From Lama guanicoe (Eukaryota): a stretch of DNA of 64,000 nt. The notes under the pieces are model-generated. The model worked only from the letters and a program-made list of their open reading frames with translations, searched no databases and was not told the DNA's origin. The stretch covers positions 1,488,001-1,552,000 of the forward strand of contig MU054323.1 in the NCBI GenBank assembly GCA_013239625.1, in the 5' to 3' direction. This document shows, in pieces, positions 24,250 to 35,830 of this stretch (the first letter of the stretch is position 1; the number at the start of each line of letters is the position of its first letter). The position numbers and the translations under genes are program-made.

Positions 24250-25479
24250 GGGAGTGGAGAAGGAAGGTAAAAGGAAATAAATACGCACTGCACGGGCCAG
24301 TGATGAAGATGAGCCATGATCTGAAGGGTGTGTTAATCCTATAAAGGGTTTAAAGGGTTCATCCCTCAGCAACGGGGATCCTCAGTATCCCTCCCAGCCT
24401 CAGCGCTTCCTTCAGAAAGGACCAGCGACGGGCATCCTCTAATCATTCACGTGCGCCTGGGTTCTGCTGGTTCTAGCTTACACTCAGCTATTTTAATTAC
24501 CATGTTAATTGGCTCTTTAACACCTGCTGCTGTTCTGAAAGGAAAATGCCCCCAGATGTCTTACTTTTATTCTAGTCTGAACTCCTCCTGCATTTAGAAG
24601 TCCTAAGTTTTCGTATTTCCTCTCATTTCTTAAATAACTCTAAACTGCCTTTAAAAGGGAATCGTTTTGTTTTCAGGCTTCATTTCCCTGCAATTCCTTC
24701 ACTCAGGATCAGTCTCTAGATGAATAATATGAACCACTTTCTTCAAGAGGCCAGATGCTTATTTCCTCCACGCCGCTGGAAACCATGTCAGGAAGTAAAA
24801 CACACGCTTAAACAGACGTCTGCAGAGAGCCTCACGGCACAGGATGTGTAGGGGTTTACTGAGAAAATGATAGTCAATGAGAGCTTCTAAATAAAATGAC
24901 ACTGTTCCCTTAGGTCCTTTTGTATAAGCAATTAAGTTTCCCACTTTGGGCACATGATTTGGGTTTTTCCCAGCATTTTGTAGGCAAAATATAGCTCTCT
25001 AGACTCATACCTTATGTTACTGTTTTTCAAGTTCTTACATTTACCAACACAAAGTAACCCATCAAATACCTGATTAACCAACTAGCTATCTCAGGTGGCA
25101 CCTGCTGGCACCAGCTGCTCTGCTGCTCCCCGAGCCGCGCACTGCTCTGCCGCACCCCCGCGCCTCCCCTTGCTCTGCGATGGACACCATCACTCACCCC
25201 CGTGTTTGAGGCTGCAGGCCCAGGCCAGTCATCCTCGACCCCTCTCACAACTCCACAGAACAGCTGACCCTCGAACACGGACCTGAACGGCACAGGTCAG
25301 GCGGGTTTTTTTCAGTAGTAGAGACTACAGTGCTACCGGATCCACGTGCGCACAAGGGCAGACCCTGAGGAAGAGCGGATACGGATGGAGGGCCAACGAT
25401 AAATCCCATGTGGATTTCTGCTCGGAGGGTTGTTGCTCCTGACCCCCATGTTGTTCACGGGTCAACTGTATTCTTATCA

Positions 25480-26130
25480 GCAAGTCCCACCGCCTCTGGA
25501 TTTCAAATCTTAACGCTTCTCTCTCCACCTCTCTAGTCCAAGTCACCATGCTCTTACCCGGATCGCCACAGAAGCCTCCAGACCGCCTATCCTTTCCATG
25601 TCTGTCCCACTCTAATCCTAACCTGTTCGCACAGCTGCCACAGGGGTGCTGTGAAAATACTTCCCAGACCAGGTGTGAACACCTGCCTGACACCTCGAAC
25701 AATCTCACTTTTCTGTCTGCCTCTGAACCTCACCTTGTGCTCACCACGCTCATCAACACTGGCCGTAAGAGTCTTGGACGTGAAGTTCATTCTCACCCTT
25801 AGGTCTCTGCGCTCTACCCGGAACCATCAACCCTAGGTATCTCTCCTTAGCTCTTCTCTCACTTGCTTCAGGCCTCTGCTTAAACGTGACCTTCTGCAAA
25901 GTCTTTCCTTAACACCACATCCAATATACTCTCCCCTCTGCTCTCAACTCCTTACCCTGCTTTCTTATTTTCTGTAACAATGACCATAATCTGAAATAAT
26001 ACATGGTATGATGCTACTCTTAACCAGACTTTAAGCTCCACAAAGGCAGATTTTGTATTACAGTAGGATTCCCAGTGCTTAAAACAGTTCCTAGCACATG
26101 GCAGAAACGTAACCATGTTACTGAATTAAT
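25480..26130 (+). mobile_element. L2 LINE 3' fragment
   Basis: ctctagtccaagtcacc...aaacgtgaccttct...taagctccacaaaggcaga...cccagtgcttaaaacagttcctagcacatggcag. Confidence 0.6.
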
Positions 26131-27069
26131 CTCTCCATCCTTAAACGGAGAAGAAATTAGGCAACAAAAGCCCCCTTAAGCTTAATGATATTCTCAGGCC
26201 GCTTTAGTTTCTATGGACTTTATCCGCTGCCCTAGCCAAAATGCAACAGGCTAGGTATCAATATTATATATAATTAAGAAAATTTCATTTGCTGACTCAA
26301 AGAAATAGCAAATTTATATCCACTCTTAAAGAACAAACTGTGTTCCTATTACAGAATATTTTGATGTATCTTCAAGTCCACAGGCATTTAGTTCAAGTCA
26401 TGAAATATCAGTAACTGTTTAAACTTTCAGAACTTGAAGTTTCAAACCAATTCTTCTGAAAAATCTGCATTAGGCAAAGTGCAGGCACTATGTAGATGAG
26501 GAAACAAATCTAAGCAGAAAGTGACTGACTGAGGACATGCTCAATTGTACGACATCTAATGTGTACTCAGGAAAACTCAATCAGACGTTCTGGATTCCTT
26601 GGTTTTCAATCACAGTTGGCAACAATTCTGATCCAGCGTGAGTCCCAGCCAACAGTTTCTTACACAGAATTGAAGCATTTTGGTCTCCATAAATAAACAG
26701 CCCAGACATTTTGAAGACATGCAAAAAAGAACCAGGGGATGGGAGGAAGGGAAGGGAAAATATGGAAAATATTTAAGAATGCAATGCCTTTACATCCGGT
26801 TTACTAGCACTAATCACATACGTCATTTTGAGAATAATTTTTAATCATGTCCACCCCCAAAAGATCCGAGAAGGTAGGATTTAAGAATCCAAGGAAGCAT
26901 TTCTTCCTTGCTTCCCTGGACTTCATGGCTCAGTCCAGGCATAGCTGCCCCGACGACGAACCGGTGGCGAAAAGTCCTCTCTGTATGAGGCATTCAAGTT
27001 ACTACTCCTGAAGAGGTTTGGTTTTGTCAATTAATACTACCTTCCCCAATTTACAAAAGCATGACCCTA

Positions 27070-28888
27070 AGTACATGTAAACTTAAAGTTTTATTTTTAA
27101 AAGTTACACGTATTTCAAAAAGACAATTTTTTATTCTAATTAATATTAGTATCAATTAGAATAATAACTGAAGATATTTTCACTTATAATAGTTGAAACC
27201 AAAACTGTGAGCCCAAAGCAATGAATAATCTTCAACTCAACAAACTGCTTGGATACCTGAGGATTCTATTTCCCATTCTGTATTAAGAACCGTAACGCTC
27301 AAAAACTATCACACAAATTCAGACACTGAAATTATTTAACTAATAAAAGTTTATGCATTTGGTATATTCTACTTCATTTTTTTATTTGAAAAAGCACATG
27401 TATGTTAAAATAGCTTTGATACAAATGAGTTATAAATGTAACTTTAAAAAAATCAGACTTTGTATGGTTAGTGGGGGGGTGTTTAAAACATCCGGCACAT
27501 GTTTCCTCTTTCTGTAAATTCTTAGAATAGAAACGCAAAAGTTTTTGGACTTTTCCTTTGCCAATTTATCTCAACTTAAGACTAAATTAGAGTCCCTCCC
27601 CTCACCAAAAGCAAACACAAACCCCAGTTTTTCTCAGTAACAATGCCGCTGCTTTTAAAATACTGCCATTTTCTTAACATACTTCCTTTTCAATTTCATA
27701 CATATTTATTGCTAACAATATAGGGAATTTTTCTTGTTGGACATCCACATCTTTTTAAAAAGGTTAGCAATAATCTTAGTGTCAAACATAGGCAGTAGTT
27801 TATCCATGTTTTCTTAAAAGAAAAAGTTCTTTAACACCAATGCTTACGACAGGCTATATTTATCACTCTAAGAAGCAGACTTTTTAACAGCGCTAATCAG
27901 GATGTGTCCTGTAACTGACATCAGCTCCCCACCAGCAGCTGGGCCTTTGGCTCCCAGCTACTTCTCTGCTCCAGGGGGAGCCGCCCTCCACCCCAGCTTT
28001 CCCCCTTCTCCTCAGCCTGCGCTGCACAGTCCCTCTGGCCTCCCAGCAGAGCTAGAACTTGAGAGGCCTTGGACTGCAAACTGAGGGACGAGAAAGCAGG
28101 CAGGCACGCTTCAGGTCAGGGTGCACACATGCCATAATCCAGTTCCAGCGTTTAGTTGGGTGGACGATGGCTCAGGGGTTGAAAGGCACTGTGTCAGAGC
28201 TGGCAGTGGTTTAGTACTCTGAGAAAGTGCCTCATAAACAGAGAGCATCTTAAATGTGACAGAACACAGTGATTAAAACTACAGTCCAAATCTGTAGTTG
28301 TATCTCTAGGGTTAAAAATTACCTGTGCAGAGATTCTGACCAAAGTTTTTTTCAGTCCTGGGTAGGTCCCTCCTCATTAATAAGCAAAAAGCAGACAATA
28401 AATCCACTGTAAGCTGGTCCCTGTCCACAGCCCGCCTGTGCGCTGCTCCACCCCCTGCAATGAGAATAAAGTAATATTCTGGGAAAGCAAAACTAAATAT
28501 AACCAGGTGCTCAAACTTTTATTTTCATTCTTACAAAATACTATAGAAATGAACCCAAACTAAACAGGTATGTACATGTAAATATGTACAAAATTTTACT
28601 TCTGAAAAAGAATCTATAAAAGTAGATGGTTAAATAAAAAACAAACAAACTTAAAAAGATTTAAAACCGGTACTATGAAATTGATTTTTTCAAAGTAAAG
28701 CAACAGTAATTTAAAACTGCTGGTTGTGGTTGGTCTCCTGGGCTTATTTACATGTTTTGTTGTGGTCAGATACATAAAGGAGTTTATTTTAGAATATCTT
28801 CAATTTCATTTTATTTCCTCAAAGCGTCCTGAATGTTTTTCCCTTTACAGATCTTTCAACACGAGGACATGGCACATTAGGTCACAGA
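27070..28888 (-). other. SMC6: SMC6 3'UTR (distal end approximate)
   Basis: AU-rich sequence after the stop with several minus-strand AATAAA hexamers (28810, 28783, 28518, 27705, 27381, 27130, 27090). The distal pair at 27090-27135 is a plausible end. Confidence 0.6.
27090..27135 (-). terminator. Probable distal SMC6 poly(A) signals (two AATAAA)
   Basis: TTTATT on + at 27090-27095 and 27130-27135. Confidence 0.5.
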
Positions 28889-29003
28889 TCAACTCCGGTC
28901 TTCTTCTTCCTCTTGAGACACAGGTCGGAAAGGCAACGTAGTTTGTCCTCTCTCAGGGTCAGACATTCGAAGGATTCTAATCAGTTTACTTGATGGAAGT
29001 GAA
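28889..29003 (-). CDS. SMC6: SMC6 last coding exon
   Basis: cctctag|T, 115 nt to TGA. Translates [37 protein letters not shown], the vertebrate SMC6 C-terminus. Confidence 0.96.
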
Positions 29004-29805
29004 CTAGAGGAAGCAAAATTAATTACTCCAACTTCCAAGAAAAATTTTCTACATCAGAAAAAATTCTAATACTACGTCATGAAAGTATGTCTAAATGGCT
29101 GTGATCTGCTAATAGGGGGAATATGTTAGCATCTGAAATTCTAGGAGAAGTATCATTTGCCATAAGGAAGTTGTTTTCATTTTGGAAAACTGACTTCCTG
29201 CTACATACCATGGCTTTTCAGTTTAAAGGAAGAAGAAATGAAGGGGATTTATGTTTCAGCTATTTCTACCTCTTACTCCTCTTGTCTAGCCAGGAAGGAG
29301 TCACCTGAGCATTTTCAGTCACAAATGTAAACCCCCATATGATCAAGTGACCACGTTAGAGACAGAACAGCAACTTTAAGTGACACAGAGCCTGACACCT
29401 CGGAGGTACCCATTAAGTGCTGACTGACAGCAGAGTAGAGTTCTTTATTTAGAAAGACTTGTACCTGTAAGTCACCAGGAAAAGAGTCGAGACTAGGGAA
29501 ATCATAAACTGTTTCTTTAGTCTAAGTAGAATTACAAAATTAACTTATATTAGTTGGTCATGACAACCACAGAAGAGCAGATTCAAAGTAGAAATATTAA
29601 CAAGTCAACAATCATATTCAAATAAAATTGCCCCTGTTATGGAAGGGAGATAACCCAAATAAAAATTTAAATATCTAATAAGGAAAAACTACCTTAAATC
29701 TGTAGAACTAGTTTAGAGGCTAATTTTTCTTTTTACTGGTCATTTATGCATCTGCACTTTTAAAATAAAGAATATAAAAGCTTTCTTGTCCCCTTTTATA
29801 TACTT

Positions 29806-29920
29806 ACATACATATATACACACACACACACACACACATATATATGTGTGTGTGTATTCACATACATATATATATATACACATATATATATATGTGTGTG
29901 TGTGTGTGTGCGTATTCACA
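29806..29920. repeat. Compound (CA)n(TA)n(TG)n microsatellite, internally palindromic and duplicated
   Basis: Two blocks of catacatatata..cacatatatat..gtgtgtg..tattca, seen directly. Confidence 0.9.
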
Positions 29921-29947
29921 GAGAGTTTTAAAAAGTTACCTCATTAC

Positions 29948-30045
29948 CTCATGCTTTGAGGGGTAAGCAAGATAAACTGTCTGAAGCGCTGGGAATCTGC
30001 CATCTTGAGGATCATGTCCATCGCGATTCTCCGGTTGACCATGTC
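29948..30045 (-). CDS. SMC6: SMC6 penultimate coding exon (D-loop, FILLTPQ motif)
   Basis: ttccccag|GAC...ATGAG|gtaatg, 98 nt. Translates [32 protein letters not shown](S). Confidence 0.95.
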
Positions 30046-31309
30046 CTGGGGAACAAGGCAGAAGTCAGAGTGCTGCCATGTCAATCACGTCCCTGGGAAA
30101 GCAGCGTCCTGCTGGCTGTTGCAAACTCCTGGATTTTTATCTAGAGATCATCCATATCTTATCTATGCGGCCAAGCAATTCATACGCACAGGGGAAGATA
30201 TCTAAAATTTTTAGGGGAAAAAACCCGAAAACATAGGTATCTTCCATGTAATTTCTATAGTCGAAAGTATTTGTAAGTATAGCTCCCTGCCTCAAATATA
30301 CTCAACAATTAAAATAATCAGAAAATAGTCAGAAGATACAACTAGATGTTATGGAATGAATCTAATATATAAAATAATAGTATAATTACTCAGGAGAAAG
30401 GTATCAAAAGTGACTAGTTTCAAATTTACTCTGTCAAATTTTCCCTCAATGATTTTAAGCTGTTTTAAAAACTCCTTCCTCGTCATCTTCTACAACTTGT
30501 ACAATGTGAGCCAATTTAAATTTACACACTAATCTCTTGACTGAATCTCTAAAGTAAGTTAAACAGCACATCAGTGTGTAAGAAAAAATGCTTGGTAATA
30601 ACAGGTTTTGAAGCTAAATACATTAATCTGAGTTAAAAAACAGAAAAAGCTAAACATCAAAGTACCCACCCCCTGAAAACTCCTGAAATTCGAAAACACA
30701 GACAAATGAAAGCACGTGTGACACTACAGCACGGCGGCTTAGAACTCAGGCTCCCGAGGCAGACAGGGGACCTGCATCCTGGCTATACCGCTCAGTGGCT
30801 CTCATTCTATAAATTCTTCCATCAGGCATATCTGTAAAGCAACCTAACTTAAAATTAACAAAAGTCACCAGAGCTTGCCCCAACTGAACACTGTCCTTTC
30901 AAAACACTGCCCTAGGAAAGCCTATCTGTCACTGAATAGTAACAGAGCTGCCAATGCAGCAAAAAAATTTATTCATTTCCTTTGGATTGTTCTTCAAAGT
31001 TGGGTACACTTCTCTGAATAATTTCAATGAGGCAAAATGCCATTTTGATTAAGAACCTCTAAGTTTCTGAAAGAGAAAGAAGTTGTTCAGAATTAAATGT
31101 GGCAAATAAAATCGGTGATAAGACTGCATAATGTCATTCTGAACAAAAATGCTGCATGGAAAGAACAATGATCTTCTATGATTTGTGAATTAGCTTTGAA
31201 GCCAATTCTCAGAGGAATTTCTAACTAATCTTCAGCTATGATACCATAGGGAAAAAAAACACTGAAGGATTATACAGCACTGAAAAGTACGAATCCTGAT
31301 TCACAAATT

Positions 31310-32620
31310 AGCATTTTCTAAATGCCATTTATGGGCTAGGCATTAGGAGGCAGAAATATATTAAGAAATAGTTGATAATTTCAAAAAGTTTACAATTTGG
31401 TGGGTGATTCAGACATGAAAATAGGGGACTGCAACAGAATGAAATATATATAATATATATAATAATGTGTATATATGTAATACTTTATACTATAAAGTAT
31501 AAAAATAATATAATTGTATGAGTTGATGTAAAGTAGGGCTGAGGAAGCTCTAAAAAGTCCCTAATCCTGCCTGGCAGGGTGGTGGTCATGAAGGTGACAT
31601 CTGAACTGAGTCTTAAAAGGTGAGTCGGAGTGTGACATGGATGTGACACACAAAGGGCAGAGGTGCAGTGTTTGGAAAACTACAAATAGCTTTATCCCAC
31701 TGAAAAAGTAGGCGGATACGATGTACCGTGAAGGAGCTCATGCCCTACAGAAGCAAACATTTATCAAACACAGAATAACTGACCACTAGAGACTTTTGAA
31801 CAAGTCAGTGACCACAATCAGGTTTATTTTAGAAAGATAAACCTGGCAAGATGGTGAAGGAGAAAGAAGAAGGAACAGGACTGAAGTCTGGGAGTCTGGA
31901 CAGGAAACGATTACAATAAGCAAGAGGTGAAGACAGGAGACGTGACAGGAAGGAGCAGATGGGAGAGACCAGGGAGATATTTTAAAAGAGGAACAGAGGT
32001 CGGACTTACTGTGTGAATAACAAGGAAAGAATCACAGATGAATCACCGGTTGAGCAGTAGGTGCTGGGTTGGTGATGGGAATTTGCCACTAACCAAGGAC
32101 AGGAACTTAGGAAAAGAAAGGCTTTGAGTGGAAAACAAACTCAGTCTCAGACATGCTGAGTTCAAGAAGTGGGTTGTTCACTAGATGGTGTCTAACAGGA
32201 GGCTGGGCAGATGGGCCTACAGGGCAAGAGAGACGTCGGAGTGAGATACTTAGAGCTGGTAGGTATCCAAATGTCAGTAGGAGACTGTGGACTGTGGGAG
32301 GGTGTGGGGGGGAGGAGGTGTGCAGGAGGTGTGCAGGAGGTAGGATACGGTACCCAGGAAAATTAACAACAGTATAAAAAACAAAGGCCTCAAATGTTTA
32401 AGGGCACCCAAATTAGGGCAGGTGGACTGGCAGGTCGAGAACGAAGAGGCAGTAAGAAGACACAGTTTAGGAGATGGAACGTCACTCTGTGGTGCAAAAT
32501 ACTTCAAAGAATCAAAGCTCATTTATGATATTTCCTAACCAAGTTTTGCTGCAGTATTGTAGTCTGAACCCAGATTACAGTGGAGTTAGTAAAGAATGAA
32601 GCACGGAGAGGTAAAGAGAA
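31310..32620 (-). mobile_element. L2 LINE relic
   Basis: Purine-rich, with gaaggtgacatctgaactgagtcttaaa, gacatgctgagttcaag and related L2 antisense motifs. Confidence 0.55.
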
Positions 32621-33190
32621 TGCCTGACGGCTGATTTGGGGAGACTTACTGTGTGTCCGCGCCACAGTGAGTACGTGACACACAAGACCTCGTGCGGCCT
32701 CACTATGACCCTGCGAGGCGGGGAGGTTGGCCATCTGACTTCACAGAGGCAGACACTGAGCCCCAGAGGACAGGCACTTTGTCCAAGTCACAGAGACAGG
32801 TCTCAATCTTAAGTTTTTAAACTTTAAAGTCAAATGTTCTTGCTCCCTTGTGTCATATATACTGCTCTTTTGAAAAACGTGGCTGTGAAGGAAGGGAGAG
32901 AAGAAATGGTGGCGAGAGTAAGTCAAGGCCAGGGCGGTGAACTGCTCCGAATTCTGTGTTAAAACGGAAGATGGAAATAAACTAGAGAACAGGCTGAAAC
33001 CCAGGACAGGGTCCCCACCGGTGTGGCATGTCAGCAAGGGAGAGAACAGGGTGTCTTTAGTTCTCTTCTACTTGTCACAGGCTAAAGGCTCTTTTTTGTT
33101 AGGGATAAAACTAGACAATCAGTTGCTTCCTTTTAAAATACACATTTAACTAAAAAAAAAAAAATTAGAGAATTTAAATGTTAACACTAC

Positions 33191-33343
33191 CATGTAGACA
33201 TCAAACTCATCCAGGCATCTGAAAGGAGATTCAGCAATGGACCACAGAGAAAGAATGAAGCAAACCGTGGAAAAAGAACGTTCACCGCCAGATAAGGCCC
33301 TCATGTCGTTGAAAGCGGCTTTATTTCCCTCTCCAGGCTGAAC
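33191..33343 (-). CDS. SMC6: SMC6 coding exon with ABC signature and Walker B
   Basis: attcaag|GTT...ATG|gtagtg, 153 nt. Translates [51 protein letters not shown] (LSGGE signature, CLDEFD Walker B). Confidence 0.98.
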
Positions 33344-33709
33344 CTTGAATGAGGTAATAAAAACAAAGTATAGAAAAGAAACATTAAATTCTTTACAAAA
33401 AAGGTTGGCTAGCATTAGAAAAAATGGATTCATAGTTTAAAAAAAAAAGATAACAAAATCATTTAGTGGTGTGGAAATATCTATTCCATTTAAAATATTT
33501 TACAGTACAGCAGTGAGCTGTATAATGGTGGTTTCTGTTTTATTTTGAGAGAACCAAATGGAAAACATTTTCTCACCATAACCAGATCTAACATACCAAA
33601 ATTCTGAAGGTTTATAATAAAAGTACCAATGTTAGGCAAATGTTAGCGATCAAAATAATTCAAACTACATTAGTCTTCCTAAAGCTGTTACAGTTTTTTT
33701 GTCTCTCCC

Positions 33710-35830
33710 TAGGTTTACTGAGATAAAATTGACTTTTAACATTGTACAATTTTAAGGTATACAACATGTTGATTTGATACATGTATATACTGCGAAATGA
33801 TTACCACAATAAGGTTAGCATATCCAACAACTCACAGTTTTTTTTTGTTTTTTTGTTTTTGGTGGTGAGAATATTTGAAATCTACTCTCTGAGCAACTTT
33901 CAAGTATACAATACAGTATTTGTACTGGCATAAAAAGATACACAGACCAATGGAACGGACAGACAACACACAAACACATGCAGATAAATCCAACTAATAT
34001 CTGACAAAGGAGCCAAGAATATGTAATTAGGAAAGGTTAGTCTCTTCAATAAACTAAGTTGGGAAAACTGGAATGAAACTGGGCCCCACTCACAAAAATT
34101 AACTTGAAATGGATTAAAGACTTAACAGAAGGCTTGAAAGCATGAAACTCCTAGAAGTAAACATAGGAAAGGATCTGTTCATCTTAAATACCCTGTATCC
34201 TGTGTCAGCCTTCACTCGTTCCCCTACTCCTTCATCCCGGCAACCATTCTCCTGCTCTCATGAGTTTGGCTTTTTTAGATTCCACATGTAAGTGAGATCA
34301 TGCAGTATTTGTCTTTCTCTGTCTGACTTATTTCACTTAGCATAATACTATCATGGTTTATTCACATTGTTACATATGGCAGGATTTCCTTTTTCTTATG
34401 GCTGAATAAGATTCTATTTTATGTACGTGTGGGTATCCGTATATATGCACACATGTATGTATAAACACACACCACATTTTCTTTATCCATTCGTCAGACA
34501 TCTAGGCTGTTTCTTTGTCTTGGCTATTGTAAATAATGCTGCATGAACGTGGGGGTGCAGATATCTCTTTGAGACAGTAACTTCGTACCCTCTGGATGTA
34601 TATCCAGAAGTGGAACTACTGAATCATATGGTAGTTCTATTTTTAATCTGTTGAGGAACTGAGGTACTGTTTTCCAGGTGGCTTTACCAGTTTGGTACAG
34701 GGACGGTGCACGAACATTCCCTTTTCTCCACATCCTTGCCAGCTTTTGTTTTCTCTTCTCCTTTGGATAACAGCCATGCTAACAGGTGTAAGGTGATACC
34801 TCGTTGTGGTTTTGCTGATAACTAGTGATGTCGAGCCCCTTTCCATGCACCTGTTGGCCATTTGTCTTTGGAAAAATGTCTTTTCAGGTTCTTTGCCAAT
34901 TTTCTAATTGGACTGTTCAGTTCTGACTATTGAGTTGTATGAGTTCCTTATGTAGTTCGGATATTAACTCCTTATCAGACACGTGATTTGCAAATATTTT
35001 CTCCCATTCTGTAGGCTGTTTATTTTACAGTTTCTTTTGCTGTGCAAAAGCTTTTTAGTTTAATATAGTTACACTTACTCATTTTCGCTTTAGTTGCTTG
35101 TGCTTTTGGTGTCAAATCCAAAAAAATCAGTGCCAAGACCAATGTCAAGGAGCTCCTTCTTTATGTTTTCCTCTAGCAGTTTTATGATTTCAAGAAGCCT
35201 ATTTAAGGTTTTAATCTGTTTTGAGTTTTTTGGAGAGGTGTAAGATAGGGGGTCCAGTTTCATTCCTTTGTACATGGATATCCAGTTTTCCCAACACAAT
35301 TTATCAAAGAAACAATCCTTTCCCCATAGTATATTCTTGGCTCCTTATTCAAGTATTAGTTTGCCATATATGCATCGGTTTATTTCAGGGCTCCTTCCAT
35401 TCTCCTCCATTGGTCTATGTGTCTATTTTTATGCCAACAGCATACTGTTTTGATTACTAGGGCTTTGTAACATAGCTTAAAATCAGGAAATATAATGCCT
35501 CAAACTTGTTGTTTTTTCCTCAAGACTGCTTTACCTATTAGAGATCTTTAAAATTCCATACAAACTTTAGGATTTGGTTTTCTTTCTGTGAACAATGCCT
35601 TTGGAATCTACAGAGGGATTGTACTGAATTTATAGGTAGCTTTGGACAGCACGGACATTTTAACAATATTAATTCTTCTAATCTACGGACAAGGGTTACC
35701 TTTTCATTTATTTGTGTCTTCTTCAGTTTCTTTCATCAATGTCTTAAGTTTCCAGTGTTAAATTTATTCTTAAGTATTTTATTGTTTTTTGGTGCTACTG
35801 TAAATAGGACTGTTTTCTTCATTTCTTTTT
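33710..35830 (-). mobile_element. L1 fragment (3'UTR and ORF2 C-terminal part) with an oppositely oriented ORF2 piece at ~33921-34170
   Basis: Minus-strand ORF fragments (LKIELPYDSVVPLLDIHPE, CWENWISMYKGMKLDP, TTTRYHLTPVSMA) are L1 ORF2 remnants. L1 3' end at 33710-33920. Confidence 0.9.
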
